In this document: one piece after another, positions 1-11,350 of the stretch
Numbering within the stretch: position 1 is the first letter of the stretch
How the letters are laid out: each line of letters opens with the position of its first letter
Assembly (NCBI GenBank): GCA_048213135.1
Contig: PS015039.1
Span: 279,619 to 337,967, forward strand
Length of the DNA stretch: 58,349 bases
Reading direction: 5' to 3'
Source: Reclinomonas americana ATCC 50394
Lineage: Eukaryota
Translations under genes and position numbers: made by a program
Notes under the pieces: model-generated
The model's input: only the letters and a program-made list of their open reading frames with translations
What the model was told of the DNA's origin: nothing
The model's database searches: none

Positions 1-61
1 CAGAGAGAGAGAGAGAGAGATACACTGTGGTGATGTGTGTGCTGATTGCGGGACGATGCAG

Positions 62-1753
62 AGTTCTTCCCCAAGTCGGATCCTCACTACGTGGCGGCCA
101 CTCACCTGCTGCGGCAAGTTGTACCGATTCTCAACAATGCCGCGCAGCGGTACGCACACATGCAGCAAGTGGAGTCGGCGGCCGCCAGTCCGTTGCGTCC
201 CTGCTTTGCATCGCGCTTGTGCCTGCGTGTATTGTCGTCTCATTTGTGCGGATTGGGTACAGTCTGCCTGGGCCATCCGGTTGCGTCGACATTTTGACTT
301 GCTGCGTTTGATTTTTTTGTTAATCCTAACTCACGTGCGAATCTTGTCGTTAGCAGTGGCAGATGCAGAGATGCCCTCGCTCCCTGTTCCAGGTGCGTGA
401 TTGTGGTGATGAAAGGAGTGATTTGTGGTAGCTCACCGGCAACGCATCTGCAGCTGTCCGAGAGATTATCGAGAGCGTCGATTCCGACACGGGTGAGTGG
501 CTGAGATTTACCGCTGCTCTCTCGCACTGATCCCTGCTGACCTTTCCCCGTCGCTGGCAGAGGGCACCGACTACGAGCGCGCCTTGCGCCGAACGGTGAC
601 GAAACTGCGCCGGTGAGTTGCCTTTGTTGTCTCCTTTCGTTGCATTCCTCACACGACTCATGACGTGCCCGCAGTCTCGATCGTCAAAAGTACTTTACGC
701 ACGCCGTGGTGACACGCGAGTATCCCGAGTACTACAAGGTCGGTTTCATTGTACCCGCCACATCCACCTGTTGTCTTTGTGCTCAACTGGTTGTTGTGCA
801 GCGCGTTTCGAAACCGGTGGACATTGGCACTGTGCTGCGTCGTGTTAACAAGGGTCGCTACAGCGACTACACCAGCTTTGTGGACGACGTGGTCTTGATT
901 AGCTCCAATGCCCTCTGTTGCGTCACAGTTGTTCACAATCGGTGCCTGTTGGTGCTGCTGACATGCCACTTGTGGTGTGCAGCGTTCTTCAGTCCCAACG
1001 AGGCTCGCTACCGTGCTGCTCGCCTTTTCTTCGAGGGCAGCATGCCCATTCTGGAGGAGGCGGCTCGAGAGTACGCACACCTGCCTGAGTTTGTGGGTGG
1101 TATGGACAAGGTCAAGAGGTTGCGTCACTTTTTCTTGTTTCGCCCGGGCAACGTAGCCGCGTGACTGATCGTATCGATTGTGTGCAGTGTTCTTGCTTCG
1201 CCACCGGATTCAATCGCACTGGCGCTGTTGGTGCCATCCATGGACGCGCCGCCGCCACCGCCACCGTTGCCAATGTCAGGTATGGGGTTTGACGAACACA
1301 TGTAGAGGGCTCCAATAGCGCAGAGTTCCAAGAATCACTCGTAGCATCTCACTTATCAGGAAACGGACAATGTCAATTCTGCTCTTCCCTTTTCCTTCCC
1401 CCTTCTCCTCCCCCNNNNNNNNNNNNNNNNNNNNNNNNNNNNNNNNNNNNNNNNNNNNNNNNNNNNNNNNNNNNNNNNNNNNNNNNNNNNNNNNNNNNNN
1501 NNNNNNNNNNNNNNNNNNNNNNNNNNNNNNNNNNNNNNNNNNNNNNNNNNNNNNNNNNNNNNNNNNNNNNNNNNNNNNNNNNNNNNNNNNNNNNNNNNNN
1601 NNNNNNNNNNNNNNNNNNNNNNNNNNNNNNNNNNNNNNNNNNNNNNNNNNNNNNNNNNNNNNNNNNNNNNNNNNNNNNNNNNNNNNNNNNNNNNNNNNNN
1701 NNNNNNNNNNNNNNNNNNNNNNNNNNNNNNNNNNNNNNNNTCCTACACATTTG

Positions 1754-1798
<45 letters not shown>

Positions 1799-4700
1799 CT
1801 TGTCACAGCCTTCTCCCCCGCCACCCCCAGAATGTCAAGCCGCGAGAGTCGCGACTCGCTGGGTGGTACGTTTGACTATTTTTGCGAGTGGGGTATTGCT
1901 CTCCCTCGAATGTGCTCATCATATCTGTCAACACAGGGCTGGAAGATCCCGCCAAGCCCAGGTCCGTGGCCGAGGACATTCTGAATCGCTGCTGGGAACG
2001 CATCAAGCGGTACGCTCTTCCGTCCCCCCCACACACTCGTGTCGTGTACTGTGGGATTGATCGCCTTCTTTTCCCCCCCGTTTCTCAGTTTCGACAAGGA
2101 TCGCTATTTTACGCACCCAGCCGAGAAGCGCCTGTATCCGCAGTACTACCAGCAGATCGCCACACCCAGTGATTTCCGCACCATTTGCACGCGCATCAAG
2201 CGTGGTCGCTATCCCAAGTTCCAGGCCTTCCAGACCGACATTCTCCTCATCTTCGACAATGCCATGTGTGAGTCGTGTGGATTCGCACGTTGCGCGCTCG
2301 GCTGTGACTCATTTCTCCTCTTGTGCAGCCTACTTCCCGCCGACTTCAGCGCAGTACATTGCGGCCGCCAAGATCCGTCCCATGGCCGTGAACATTCTCC
2401 AGCAGGCCAAAACAGAGTGGGACGAAGCACACAAGATCATCGATCCGAGTGCCATCACGAGTACCACGCCGTCGTCTGCTCGGTTCGTTGCACATACGTG
2501 TTCATCATTTCGCCTCCATTTTGTTGATTTTGTGTCTGCCGTCTGCAGCAAGGGTTCTGGATCCGATTCTGGAGTCTTGCAGTCGGCTCCGCTGCCGCTT
2601 CCTATCGGATGTGCGTCGTTTCTACGCCTTTTTCCCCACACAGAGACCGCTCACCGCGTCGTTGTTGTGTCGTGCGCAGTCAGCGAGCTGTCTATGGAAC
2701 AGCAGCAAGAGGCTCTCAGTGAGTCCCTCACCCATTTCCCACTCCTCTCGTCCACCATGTTGCTGACAGAAAACAATATGTGCAGACGCCGCAGTGCAAT
2801 GCATGCTTCAAAATGTTGACGGTGCGTATCAGTGGTGCTGTGTGCATGTGACGCTGTGTTTTTGCTCATCTGATGCCTTGTTTGTGACACAAGTAGCCGC
2901 GACCCTGGCCTCGATGAACAGTTGAGTGCAGATCGCACGCGTGTGTATATGAGTGCCATCAGAGTGCCCATCTTCTTACGCACTTGTTTGTTGTCGTGCA
3001 GTGAACCCGGATCTTGGTGTGTTTGAACGTGACATGCGCATGCTGATGTGCTCGATCCCTAACCCTTTTGTCGCATTCAAGCAGCCGCGCCGTTGCCGAC
3101 TCAGACCAGTTGCGTTTGAATCCTGTGGGTGTGCTTATTTTTTCCTCTCCATCTTCGGCAGCGTGTCGCCTTTCTCTGAATTACGTGGTGCAGCTCTTGT
3201 TTCTCCTTTTAATGTCTTCTCATCCTTTCTCTTGCATCTCCTCGCTCCCCTTGCGCTCACTCTATCCCGTCCACCACTTGCGCAGTCGAGGGTGTGCCGA
3301 TTACCGTCCCACTCCCCATGCCACCACCGCCGGATCTCACCGGCAGTGCGTCCGATCAACGTGCTGTCTCACAAGAGTGTCTATTCTGACATATTGTTCC
3401 ACCACAGTGGCCATCCCACCCACCGGTCCTCCATATGTCGACGTCCCTCCACGTGCGTCGTCGTCGCGTGTTCGTGTCTGTGCTGTCGTCAACTCTCGAC
3501 TGATTTCAATCATTCTTGCATTTTTCCAGTGCCCCCACCACCGCCGTCCTTGGACGACACTCCGGCGGCTGAAGGTGACGACGCTGCTGCCGCTGCTGCC
3601 ACATCCGCCGCGGCTGCGGCTGATTCCACGATGGGCCTGCTACCGCCTCCGCCGCCTCCACCGCCGCCGCCTCCTCCTCCACCACCTGCCGCGCTGGCCA
3701 TGTTGACCATGCTGCCGTTGTTGCAGTTACAGCAGAAGCGCCGGGAGAGCGAGGGCGGTGAGGAGATGGGAGTTGATCTGTCCTTGGTCGGTCTCCAGTT
3801 GCGTCATGTTCCCTCTCTGTTTGTGTTTTCGGTAGCTACTGGTCTCACTCGATGCTGGTGTGTTTCGTGCAGCGCTCTGACTTGTGCGTGCCAAGCGAAA
3901 TAGCATCGGTTCTTGTTGTTTTCCTTGTGCTCATGCTCTTCCTGTCACGCGCAGCGCGCATCCGCGATGACGATGCCGATGATTTGCAAGATGACAAGGC
4001 CATGCTGTTCCTGGACGATGAGGCTGACGAGAGTTACGTGCACACTGTTTCCCACCTTGCAACCATGTGCCTTCGCTCATTACACTCCCCGCTGCAGTGA
4101 GCGTCACGCAGAACATCTTCAGCCGCGCGCTCGCAGTCATGAAGCGGTTCGTCCATTTTTCTCCATTTTCATCAGCATCACCTGTCTCCTATTTGTGTTG
4201 TTCCTCTTGACCTATTCCCTCCTCTCCTTCTGCTCCCTCTTCCCTCTTCATCCTCATTATCTTACACATTTTCTTCTTGTCCTTCTTCGTTTTTTCTACT
4301 TCCTCTCTTTCTCTGCCTCTCCTGCCTCATCACCATCATCTCTCTCATTTCTTGTATTGCACCTCTTGCCCTTCTCCTTCTTCCTCGCCTTCTCCTTTTT
4401 CCTCGTCTCCTTTCTCGTTCTTCCTCCTTCTCTCTCGTTCTTCCCCTTCTCTCTCTTCGTTATCATCTTTTCACCTTTCTTCTTTGTTCCTCTTGTCCAT
4501 TTTCGTCTTTTTCTCTCCCTCTCCTTCATCATAATCATCATCATGTTTCTCATGTCTTGTGTTGTTCCTCTTGCCGTTCTCCTTCTTCCTCCTCGCTCTT
4601 CGTTATCATCATCTTTTCACCATTGTTCTGTTGTTCCTCTCGTTCGTCTCTGTCTTCTTCGTCTTCTTTCATTTCTGTCTCTGTTGTCTCTCCCTTCTCC

Positions 4701-6722
4701 TTGCCCCTCCCCTCACTCTCTCCTTCCCCCTATTCCCCCACGCGCAGCCAAGACCCGGAGAAGCACTTTACTGCACCGCTGCCGAAGCGCACCTACGCCG
4801 AATACTACCGGCGCATTCGCGTGCCGATGGACCTCGGCACCGTCACTCGCCGCGTCAAGAAGAACCGCTACAAGTCGTTCGAGGAGTTCCAGGCCGATGT
4901 GATGCGTGTCTTTGACAATGCGCAAAGCTTCTTCTCTGCCGGCGACCCCAAGTATGACACGGCGGTGCGCCTGCGTGCCGTCGCCACCTCCGCCCTCGCC
5001 ACGGCTCGTCATCAATTGGCGGCGGCCGGGCCGCAGAGTTTGCGGCAACAGCCGGTCGGGCCACTGGCAGAGTCACTCGAGTCCGCGTCACTCGAATCGC
5101 CGCCGGCCTCCAAGTCGACTCCGCGTGGACGCAAGAAGAAGACGTTTGCGATTGAGTGAGTGCCAAGTCATTTTTTCCCAGTTCTATGACTTGTGAGTTC
5201 GTTTCACTGACTGTGCGCATGCACAGATCACCTGGCCCACTGGATGTCAACTTGACCGAGTTCCAGTTGATTATGACGCGCCTGTTGGACCAGATGCGCG
5301 CCGCTGACGTGAACAAGTACTTTACGCGTGCCATCAAGAAGAATGCCATTGAAGGCTACTACGACAAAGTGCAGCAGCCGATGGATCTCAGTACCGTGCA
5401 GCGCCGAATCAACAAGCAGGCATACGATACGTTCGCGGCGTTCCGCGACGATGTCAATCTCATCTTCCAGAACGCCCTCTGTTGCGTCACGTGTTCCCCC
5501 CCCCCGCTGCACTGTGGGATCGGTCTCGTCTCATGTTGATTTTCGTTGGTGTATCGGCAGCGTTCTTCGCGCCAACACATGAGCGCTATGTGGCGGCCGT
5601 GCACATGCAGGCTTTCTGTCGAGCGCTGATGGACGGGACTGTGCACGAGCACGCAAACGAGGCTGGTTTCGCGTACCGCATGGAGTACGCGGTGCCGCCG
5701 GGCTCGCAGCGCAAGCCGTACATGTTTCGTTGGCATATCGTGTCTTTCCCTACTTTCTTGTCTTCGATACTCACGCGTGTTGGTGATGTCTCCATCATCA
5801 CAGGCGCAAGAATGGTCGCAAGTCTGGTGGTGGCGACGGCGACGGCGCCGACGATGATGATGATGATGACGACGACGAGGGAGATTCATCCGACAATGAC
5901 GAGGTGGAGAGATTCGGTGGCAAGCGCAGGCGTAGCCGCAAGTCCTCTCGTGACAACGACAGCGACGAGACCGAGGACGACGAACGGGAATCCTCCGGGC
6001 GTAAGAGTCAGTCGCGTCGCTCTGGCCTGCGCGCTCCCTCTCAGCGCCGTCAGACTCCCAAGGCTAGCAAGAAGACCGAAAAAGCGGACGATGTGACTGT
6101 TGAGCCGCCGCCGCTGCCATTCATGATACCGATGCCGATGTCGCTGTCACTGCCACTGCCGCCGCTGCCGCTTGATGGTGAGTGTCACAGCGACAGGAGT
6201 CTTTCGTCCTTTCCGCTTGTCTTTTGCCTCCATTCTGTTCTCAAATATCCATTGTCACGCAGTTGCACATCGCATGGACACTGACATTCCGGCTCCCGAG
6301 GAAGTGATGCCGCCGGACGATTTGCAGCAGTTCCTGGTGGATACGTTGAACGAAATCAAGCTCCTCGACCAGTCGGCGTTCTTCATGTCGGTCCCTGACA
6401 AGAACCGCCACGCCAACTACTACCTGCGTGTGCCGCAGCCCACCGATCTTCACACCATCATGCACCAGGCCATGGCACATCGGTATGCGACATTCGAGGA
6501 CTTCCGTGCCGATGTCATGCGCATATTTTCCGACGCGAGAGGTGAGACCAAGGAGAATCAGCGCCCCGCAGTCTGCCTTTGCTTTCTTCTCACCTGCGCC
6601 CTCTTGTTGTTGTTGTTGTAATAATAATAGTCGGTTTCGAGTCATCGGCGCCCGAGTTCAGTGCGGCCATCTCGCTGGAGGCTACTGTGGGAGATCTGCT
6701 GGCCAATCGCGCACATCGCATT
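62..6722 (+). CDS. Multi-bromodomain protein region (at least 6 bromodomains, Pro-rich and acidic linkers), 5' end outside the window; probably continuous with ORC2
   Basis: Spliced exons give repeated bromodomain motifs: YPEYYK|RVSKPVDIGTVLRRVNKGRY..NAL (~570-1070), YPQYYQQIATPSDFRTI..FDNAM (~1970-2430), YAEYYRRIRVPMDLGTV..FDNAQ (~4100-5010), GYYDKVQQPMDLSTV..FQNAL (~5260-5640), NYYLRVPQPTDLHTI..FSDAR (~6320-6710), plus the C-terminal helix of another repeat at 62-150. Linker exon boundaries are approximate. Confidence 0.9.
4148..4747 (+). repeat. Pyrimidine (CT)-rich low-complexity intron splitting bromodomain 4
   Basis: GTTCGT donor after ..VMKR and CAG acceptor before QDPEKHF. The intervening ~600 bp is almost all C/T on the + strand. 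Confidence 0.8.
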
Positions 6723-6852
6723 GTTCGTCGCGCCGATCGCCGAGGTGGGGGGTTTCATTTCACGCATTTTTGTGCTCGATCTTGTGTCGATACTCNNNNN
6801 NNNNNNNNNNNNNNNNNNNNNNNNNNNNNNNNNNNNNNNNNNNNNNNNGCAG

Positions 6853-9255
6853 ATGCTCGAGGCGGAGCTGGCCAAGGCTGCTTCGCAAGTGCAGGAGCAA
6901 GCGGCCGCGCTGACCGCCGGCAACAAGCAGGAGATGTTTGACCGATGGTCCGCTGACTTGAGGTGTGTCCCTGGTCAGGCGCCTTCAAATGAGCAGTAAA
7001 CTAGAAGCCTGCTTTTTTCTCTCTTTCCGCCGAGCTCTGCTCTTTTTGCTTTTGTTCATTTGTGTGTTTTGTGTGCGTTTGTGTTTCTCTCCGCGCGTAG
7101 ACGGCACAATGTTCTCGTGTACGGATACGGCTCCAAGCGGGCGCTGTTGGAGGAGTTTGCGCAACACAGCGCTGCCGCCGCCTTCCATGTCGTCGCCGTC
7201 AATGGGCTTGTCCGTACCGTCGGAAAGCAGGTGCTTTTGTTTGCGTCGCGCATTTTCGAACGCCCAACGAATGCTGACGAAAGTGGCCACTCGATGCACA
7301 GCTGTTTTCGATGTTGGCCGACCAAGTCAGAGTTCCCGTGCATGCCGATCCAATGATCACCGCCACTCGCGTGTGTGATGCTCTCCTGGCCCCGATCGAC
7401 GGAGCCCCACAGCCGGCTGGTTTGTGGCCCCCTTCGCCTGCATTTAGCTGCTTGCACGATACTTAATGTTGCGGCACCTGCACTCGTAGGTCCTTCGGCA
7501 CAGTACGACAGCCTGCAAGCCGAGTTGGTGGCCATTCACCAACAGCTCACCGGTGCGTATTGTTGTTGAATATCTATCCGTGTTCTTCTCGGCTGGTGTT
7601 CACTCTTATGTGTTGCAGTCGACATGGACCGCCTGGCGAGTCAGCGTCGCAGTGGTGCGGATGGCGATGACGACGGTGAGGATGAGGAGGAGGACGANNN
7701 NNNNNNNNNNNNNNNNNNNNNNNNNNNNNNNNNNNNNNNNNNNNNNNNNNNNNNNNNNNNNNNNNNNNNNNNNNNNNNNNNNNNNNNNNNNNNNNNNNNN
7801 NNNNNNNNNNNNNNNNNNNNNNNNNNNNNNNNNNNNNNNNNNNNNNNNNNNNNNNNNNNNNNNNNNNNNNNNNNNNNNNNNNNNNNNNNNNNNNNNNNNN
7901 NNNNNNNNNNNNNNNNNNNNNNNNNNNNNNNNNNNNNNNNNNNNNNNNNNNNNNNNNNNNNNNNNNNNNNNNNNNNNNNNNNNNNNNNNNNNNNNNNNNN
8001 NNNNNNNNNNNNNNNNNNNNNNNNNNNNNNNNNNNNNNNNNNNNNNNNNNNNNNNNNNNNNNNNNNNNNNNNNNNNNNNNNNNNNNNNNNNNNNNNNNNN
8101 NNNNNNNNNNNNNNNNNNNNNNNNNNNNNNNNNNNNNNNNNNNNNNNNNNNNNNNNNNNNNNNNNNNNNNNNNNNNNNNNNNNNNNNNNNNNNNNNNNNN
8201 NNNNNNNNNNNNNNNNNNNNNNNNNNNNNNNNNNNNNNNNNNNNNNNNNNNNNNNNNNNNNNNNNNNNNNNNNNNNNNNNNNNNNNNNNNNNNNNNNNNN
8301 NNNNNNNNNNNNNNNNNNNNNNNNNNNNNNNNNNNNNNNNNNNNNGGAGGATGAGGACGACGAGGACGGCAAGGATGCTGAGGATCGAGCACGGGAGCGT
8401 GTGCACAGGCTGCAGCTGCTAGAGTCGGCACACTTGCGCGAACGCAAGGACCTGTTGTTGGTGATCCACAACTTGGACGGCGACGGCCTTCGCAGTCGCT
8501 CTATCGAGGCCGCGCTGGTGCGCCTGGCCACGTGCCCGCGGGTGCACCTGTTGGCCAGCATCGACAATGTCAACAGTGGCCTGAGTTGCGACAGAGTGAG
8601 AGAGTGAGAGGTCTGTTGGCAGTTACTGATGATTGATGCTGGCAGTCTTCGAGTCGGGCAACTGGCACCGCGGTCACTGGGTGTGCCACCACGTCGACAC
8701 CTTCCAGCCGTACACGGCCGAGCTCGGTCGGGAATGGGCCGTGCATTTCACTGCGGCTCCGGAAACCAAGAGCGGGTGCGGTTATTCGTTGTTTCTGCAG
8801 CGCGCTGCTGCCATGTAGCTGATGACTGTTGCTCGTGCGTGCGACACCACCACACAGCGGTGGCGCCAGTCGTGTGTTGGCCACCCTCACGCCAAACCAC
8901 CGAAAGATCTTCCGTGCGCTGCTGGAGATGCTCCGCGAACAAGTGGGTGATGGTCACGAGACAAAAGATGTGGGCGGTGAGAAAAGCGCATGGTGTATGA
9001 TGGTTCTTCTTCTTCTTCTTCTTCTTCGACGGCTCATTCGTGTGCCGTGCAGTGGACTACGCCGAATTCCTGGAACGGTGTCGTGCTCAATTCACCGTGA
9101 CCAGCAGCCGCGATCTGGATACGAAGCTGCGCGAGTTTCTCGATCACAAGATGGTGGCCAAGCGCACGGCGCGCAACGGACGTGCAACGTTGTTCGTGCT
9201 GCTGCCACGTGGCGAGCTCGAGGATGTGGAGGCCACACTCAACGACAATCGATAA
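6853..9255 (+). CDS. ORC2: Origin recognition complex subunit 2 domain (multi-exon, N gap inside)
   Basis: ORC2 motifs in order: FDRWSADLR|RHNVLVYGYGSKRALLEEF, LLLVIHNLDG..LR..LASIDNVN, WVCHHVDTFQPYTAE, VLATLTPNHRKIF, CRAQFTVTSSRDLDTKLREFLDHKMV; TAA ends at 9255. Confidence 0.93.
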
Positions 9256-9356
9256 AGTAAAACAATAACAACCAATACCAATGATTTCTTCACTCTTTTC
9301 TCGCACCCTCCCTCCTTCTTTCCTTGCCAACCAGAAGCACACATGCCAACATGTAG

Positions 9357-10515
9357 CTACCTTGGAGACGCAATAATGTGGTCCAGTGCCCGTTGCTTGT
9401 CAAAGTCACATCTGGCGAGTGCGTCCAGCACCTGATTTGGGGAAAATCTGTGCGACGAGAAGAACGAGAATCAGCTTCTCGACCACGTGCATGCAACTGG
9501 CAGCACCGACGACGAACGCACCCCATGGAGCACAGCTCGGTATGCGACGACAACATGACACGCATTCTTGTCACGTCCCCTGGCGGCGCTACTGCCGCGA
9601 CCACTTCACACGTCTGCCGATCGTATCCCTCGCGACATAGTGTGTTCACCAGGTCGGCATACGCCGCCGATGTCACCACCACAGACGACGACTCCGAGTA
9701 GGCAGGCGGTGGCGGATAGTTGGCGTACTCGTTGGCGGCACCGGAGGGTGCCGCCGGACGTGCCGCCGCCGCTGGCTGGGGGTACCTGGAAAAGTCCGCC
9801 AAATCGACGACTGCCAGCGATGGCGGCTGGTACGGTGGTGGTGGTGGGTCGGCCGCAGGCAGCCGGAATGCAGGCACCGCTGGTGCCGGCATCGCAGGCA
9901 TCACGGGAGCAGGAGCAGGAGCAGGAGCGATGGCAGGCGGCGCTGATCCCGCCACAGGAAATGAGAGGAACGACGCCGGCAACCCGCCGGGTGTCTCTTC
10001 ATCGGCGCCACCCAATTCGATGCCAGAGTGTGCGGGAGGTGGTATTTGGTGCTGTTGCTGTTGCTGTTGCTGCTGAGGAGGAAAAGGTGGAGGCAGAGGC
10101 TGGAGTCGCGGTGGCTGCGGCGGCGGCTGCTGTTGTTGTTGTTGTTGCTGTACCATTACCGGCGGCAAGTCCACCGCGGGGAAGTCCTGCTCTTGCGCAA
10201 ACGGGTTTGGCGGCGGTGTCCGCGGCACGGGTGACCTCGGTGGTGACCGAGGATACACAATGGGCGCCACCGATTGCAACTGAGGAGCGAAGAATAGAGA
10301 CGAGGCGGAAAAACAGCAACGGAGAAGAGGGGGTGGCATGAGTGTACGTTCTCTCTCTTTCTTCCCACTCGTCACCAAACCTTGGCTTGCGCCTCGAGTT
10401 CACGCGTCTCCTTCTCCAGCTGCCGAGTGTTGAGTTTCTCCAGAATCGCATCCTCTGACGACGTGTCAAACGGAGTCCGGATGGAGCGCACGTCCACATT
10501 GTGCATCGTAGGCAA
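9357..10515 (-). CDS. UBAP1-like ESCRT-I subunit (UMA-like segment, Pro/Gln-rich linker, C-terminal UBA/SOUBA-like helices); 5' exon not located
   Basis: Exon 10381-10515 LPTMHNVDVRSIRTPFDTSSEDAILEKL resembles the UMA yDFslE motif. C-terminus LVNTLCREGYDRQ..ELCSMG|FSPNQVLDALARCDFDKQRALDHII* is UBA-like. Confidence 0.6.
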
Positions 10516-10639
10516 CTACACAGAACACACAAGAACAGAGGAGAATCAGTGAGGGGGGAAGAGAGGGAGAAGAGAGAAGAGAGAGGAGAGAGAATGAGTG
10601 TGAGAGATAAGGAGAGAGAGAATGAGTGTGAGAGCAAGG

Positions 10640-10647
10640 GAAAGGAG

Positions 10648-10723
<76 letters not shown>

Positions 10724-10727
10724 GAGA
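10640..10727. repeat. (GA)n microsatellite, one of many intronic (GA)n/(GT)n tracts (also ~1755-1796, 13923-13979, 16465-16502, 18741-18792, 39414-39447)
   Basis: Directly visible dinucleotide tracts, usually next to N gaps. Confidence 0.95.
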
Positions 10728-10854
10728 NNNNNNNNNNNNNNNNNNNNTTATATTTCTGCTGTGAGAGGAATGAAAAGTTGATTTTGAAGGTCAGCAGGAC
10801 GCATCCTCACAGTCCGAAGCACCACTTGGTTCCAGCGATGACCAAGCAAGATAG

Positions 10855-11051
10855 ATGTGCGCGTAAGCGCAGTGTAATAACAGAATTCGAAGGCGGTGTG
10901 TGATCTGGAAGCTTTGCTGTCCGGATCTTCGAATTCAATCGCGAAGTCCCCGACTTTCGGAAGCACAGTTCATGTGTACGTAAGCGCAGTGGAACAGACT
11001 TCGAAAGCGGCGTTTGTCACACTGCGACGTCCACGACTTTCGGTCCGGATC
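10855..11051. repeat. Imperfect intergenic direct repeat, 2 copies
   Basis: ATGTG(C/T)(G/A)CGTAAGCGCAGTG..AACAGA(A/C)TTCGAA(G/A)GCGG ... GCGA(A/C)GTCC(C/A)CGACTTTCGG at ~10855-10960 and ~10972-11043. Confidence 0.75.
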
Positions 11052-11350
11052 GTCAACGCCACCCTGCGTTGTCCGCCGAGTGCGTCACTTGCGAGCTTGT
11101 GTATTCCAGTGGTTTCGGCATCCTGCACCCTGCACCGTCGCCCATCTCAACAAACAGCGCAGCTACAAACCCCCAGGCGAGCGTAAACGACGACGACGAC
11201 AAGGACTTTTCATACGCGCCGCAGGAGAGGTGAGGGAGACGACGACGACGACGACGGGAGATGCGTATAAAGAAGAGGGGGGAAAAGAGTAGAGGGGTGG
11301 GAAAACGGGGGGAAGGAAGAGTTGTGTCTCTAGTCGAGTCGCTCTCTGTC

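Noticed and set aside
3913-4902. 329-aa hydrophobic F/L/S-rich ORF suggesting a membrane protein
   Set aside because: It is read-through of a CT-rich intron that lacks stop codons by composition. The flanking exons form one bromodomain.
62-6722. Naming the bromodomain gene PBRM1/polybromo
   Set aside because: No BAH or HMG domain follows the array, and the repeats share introns and an Asn-to-Phe change that suggest independent expansion.
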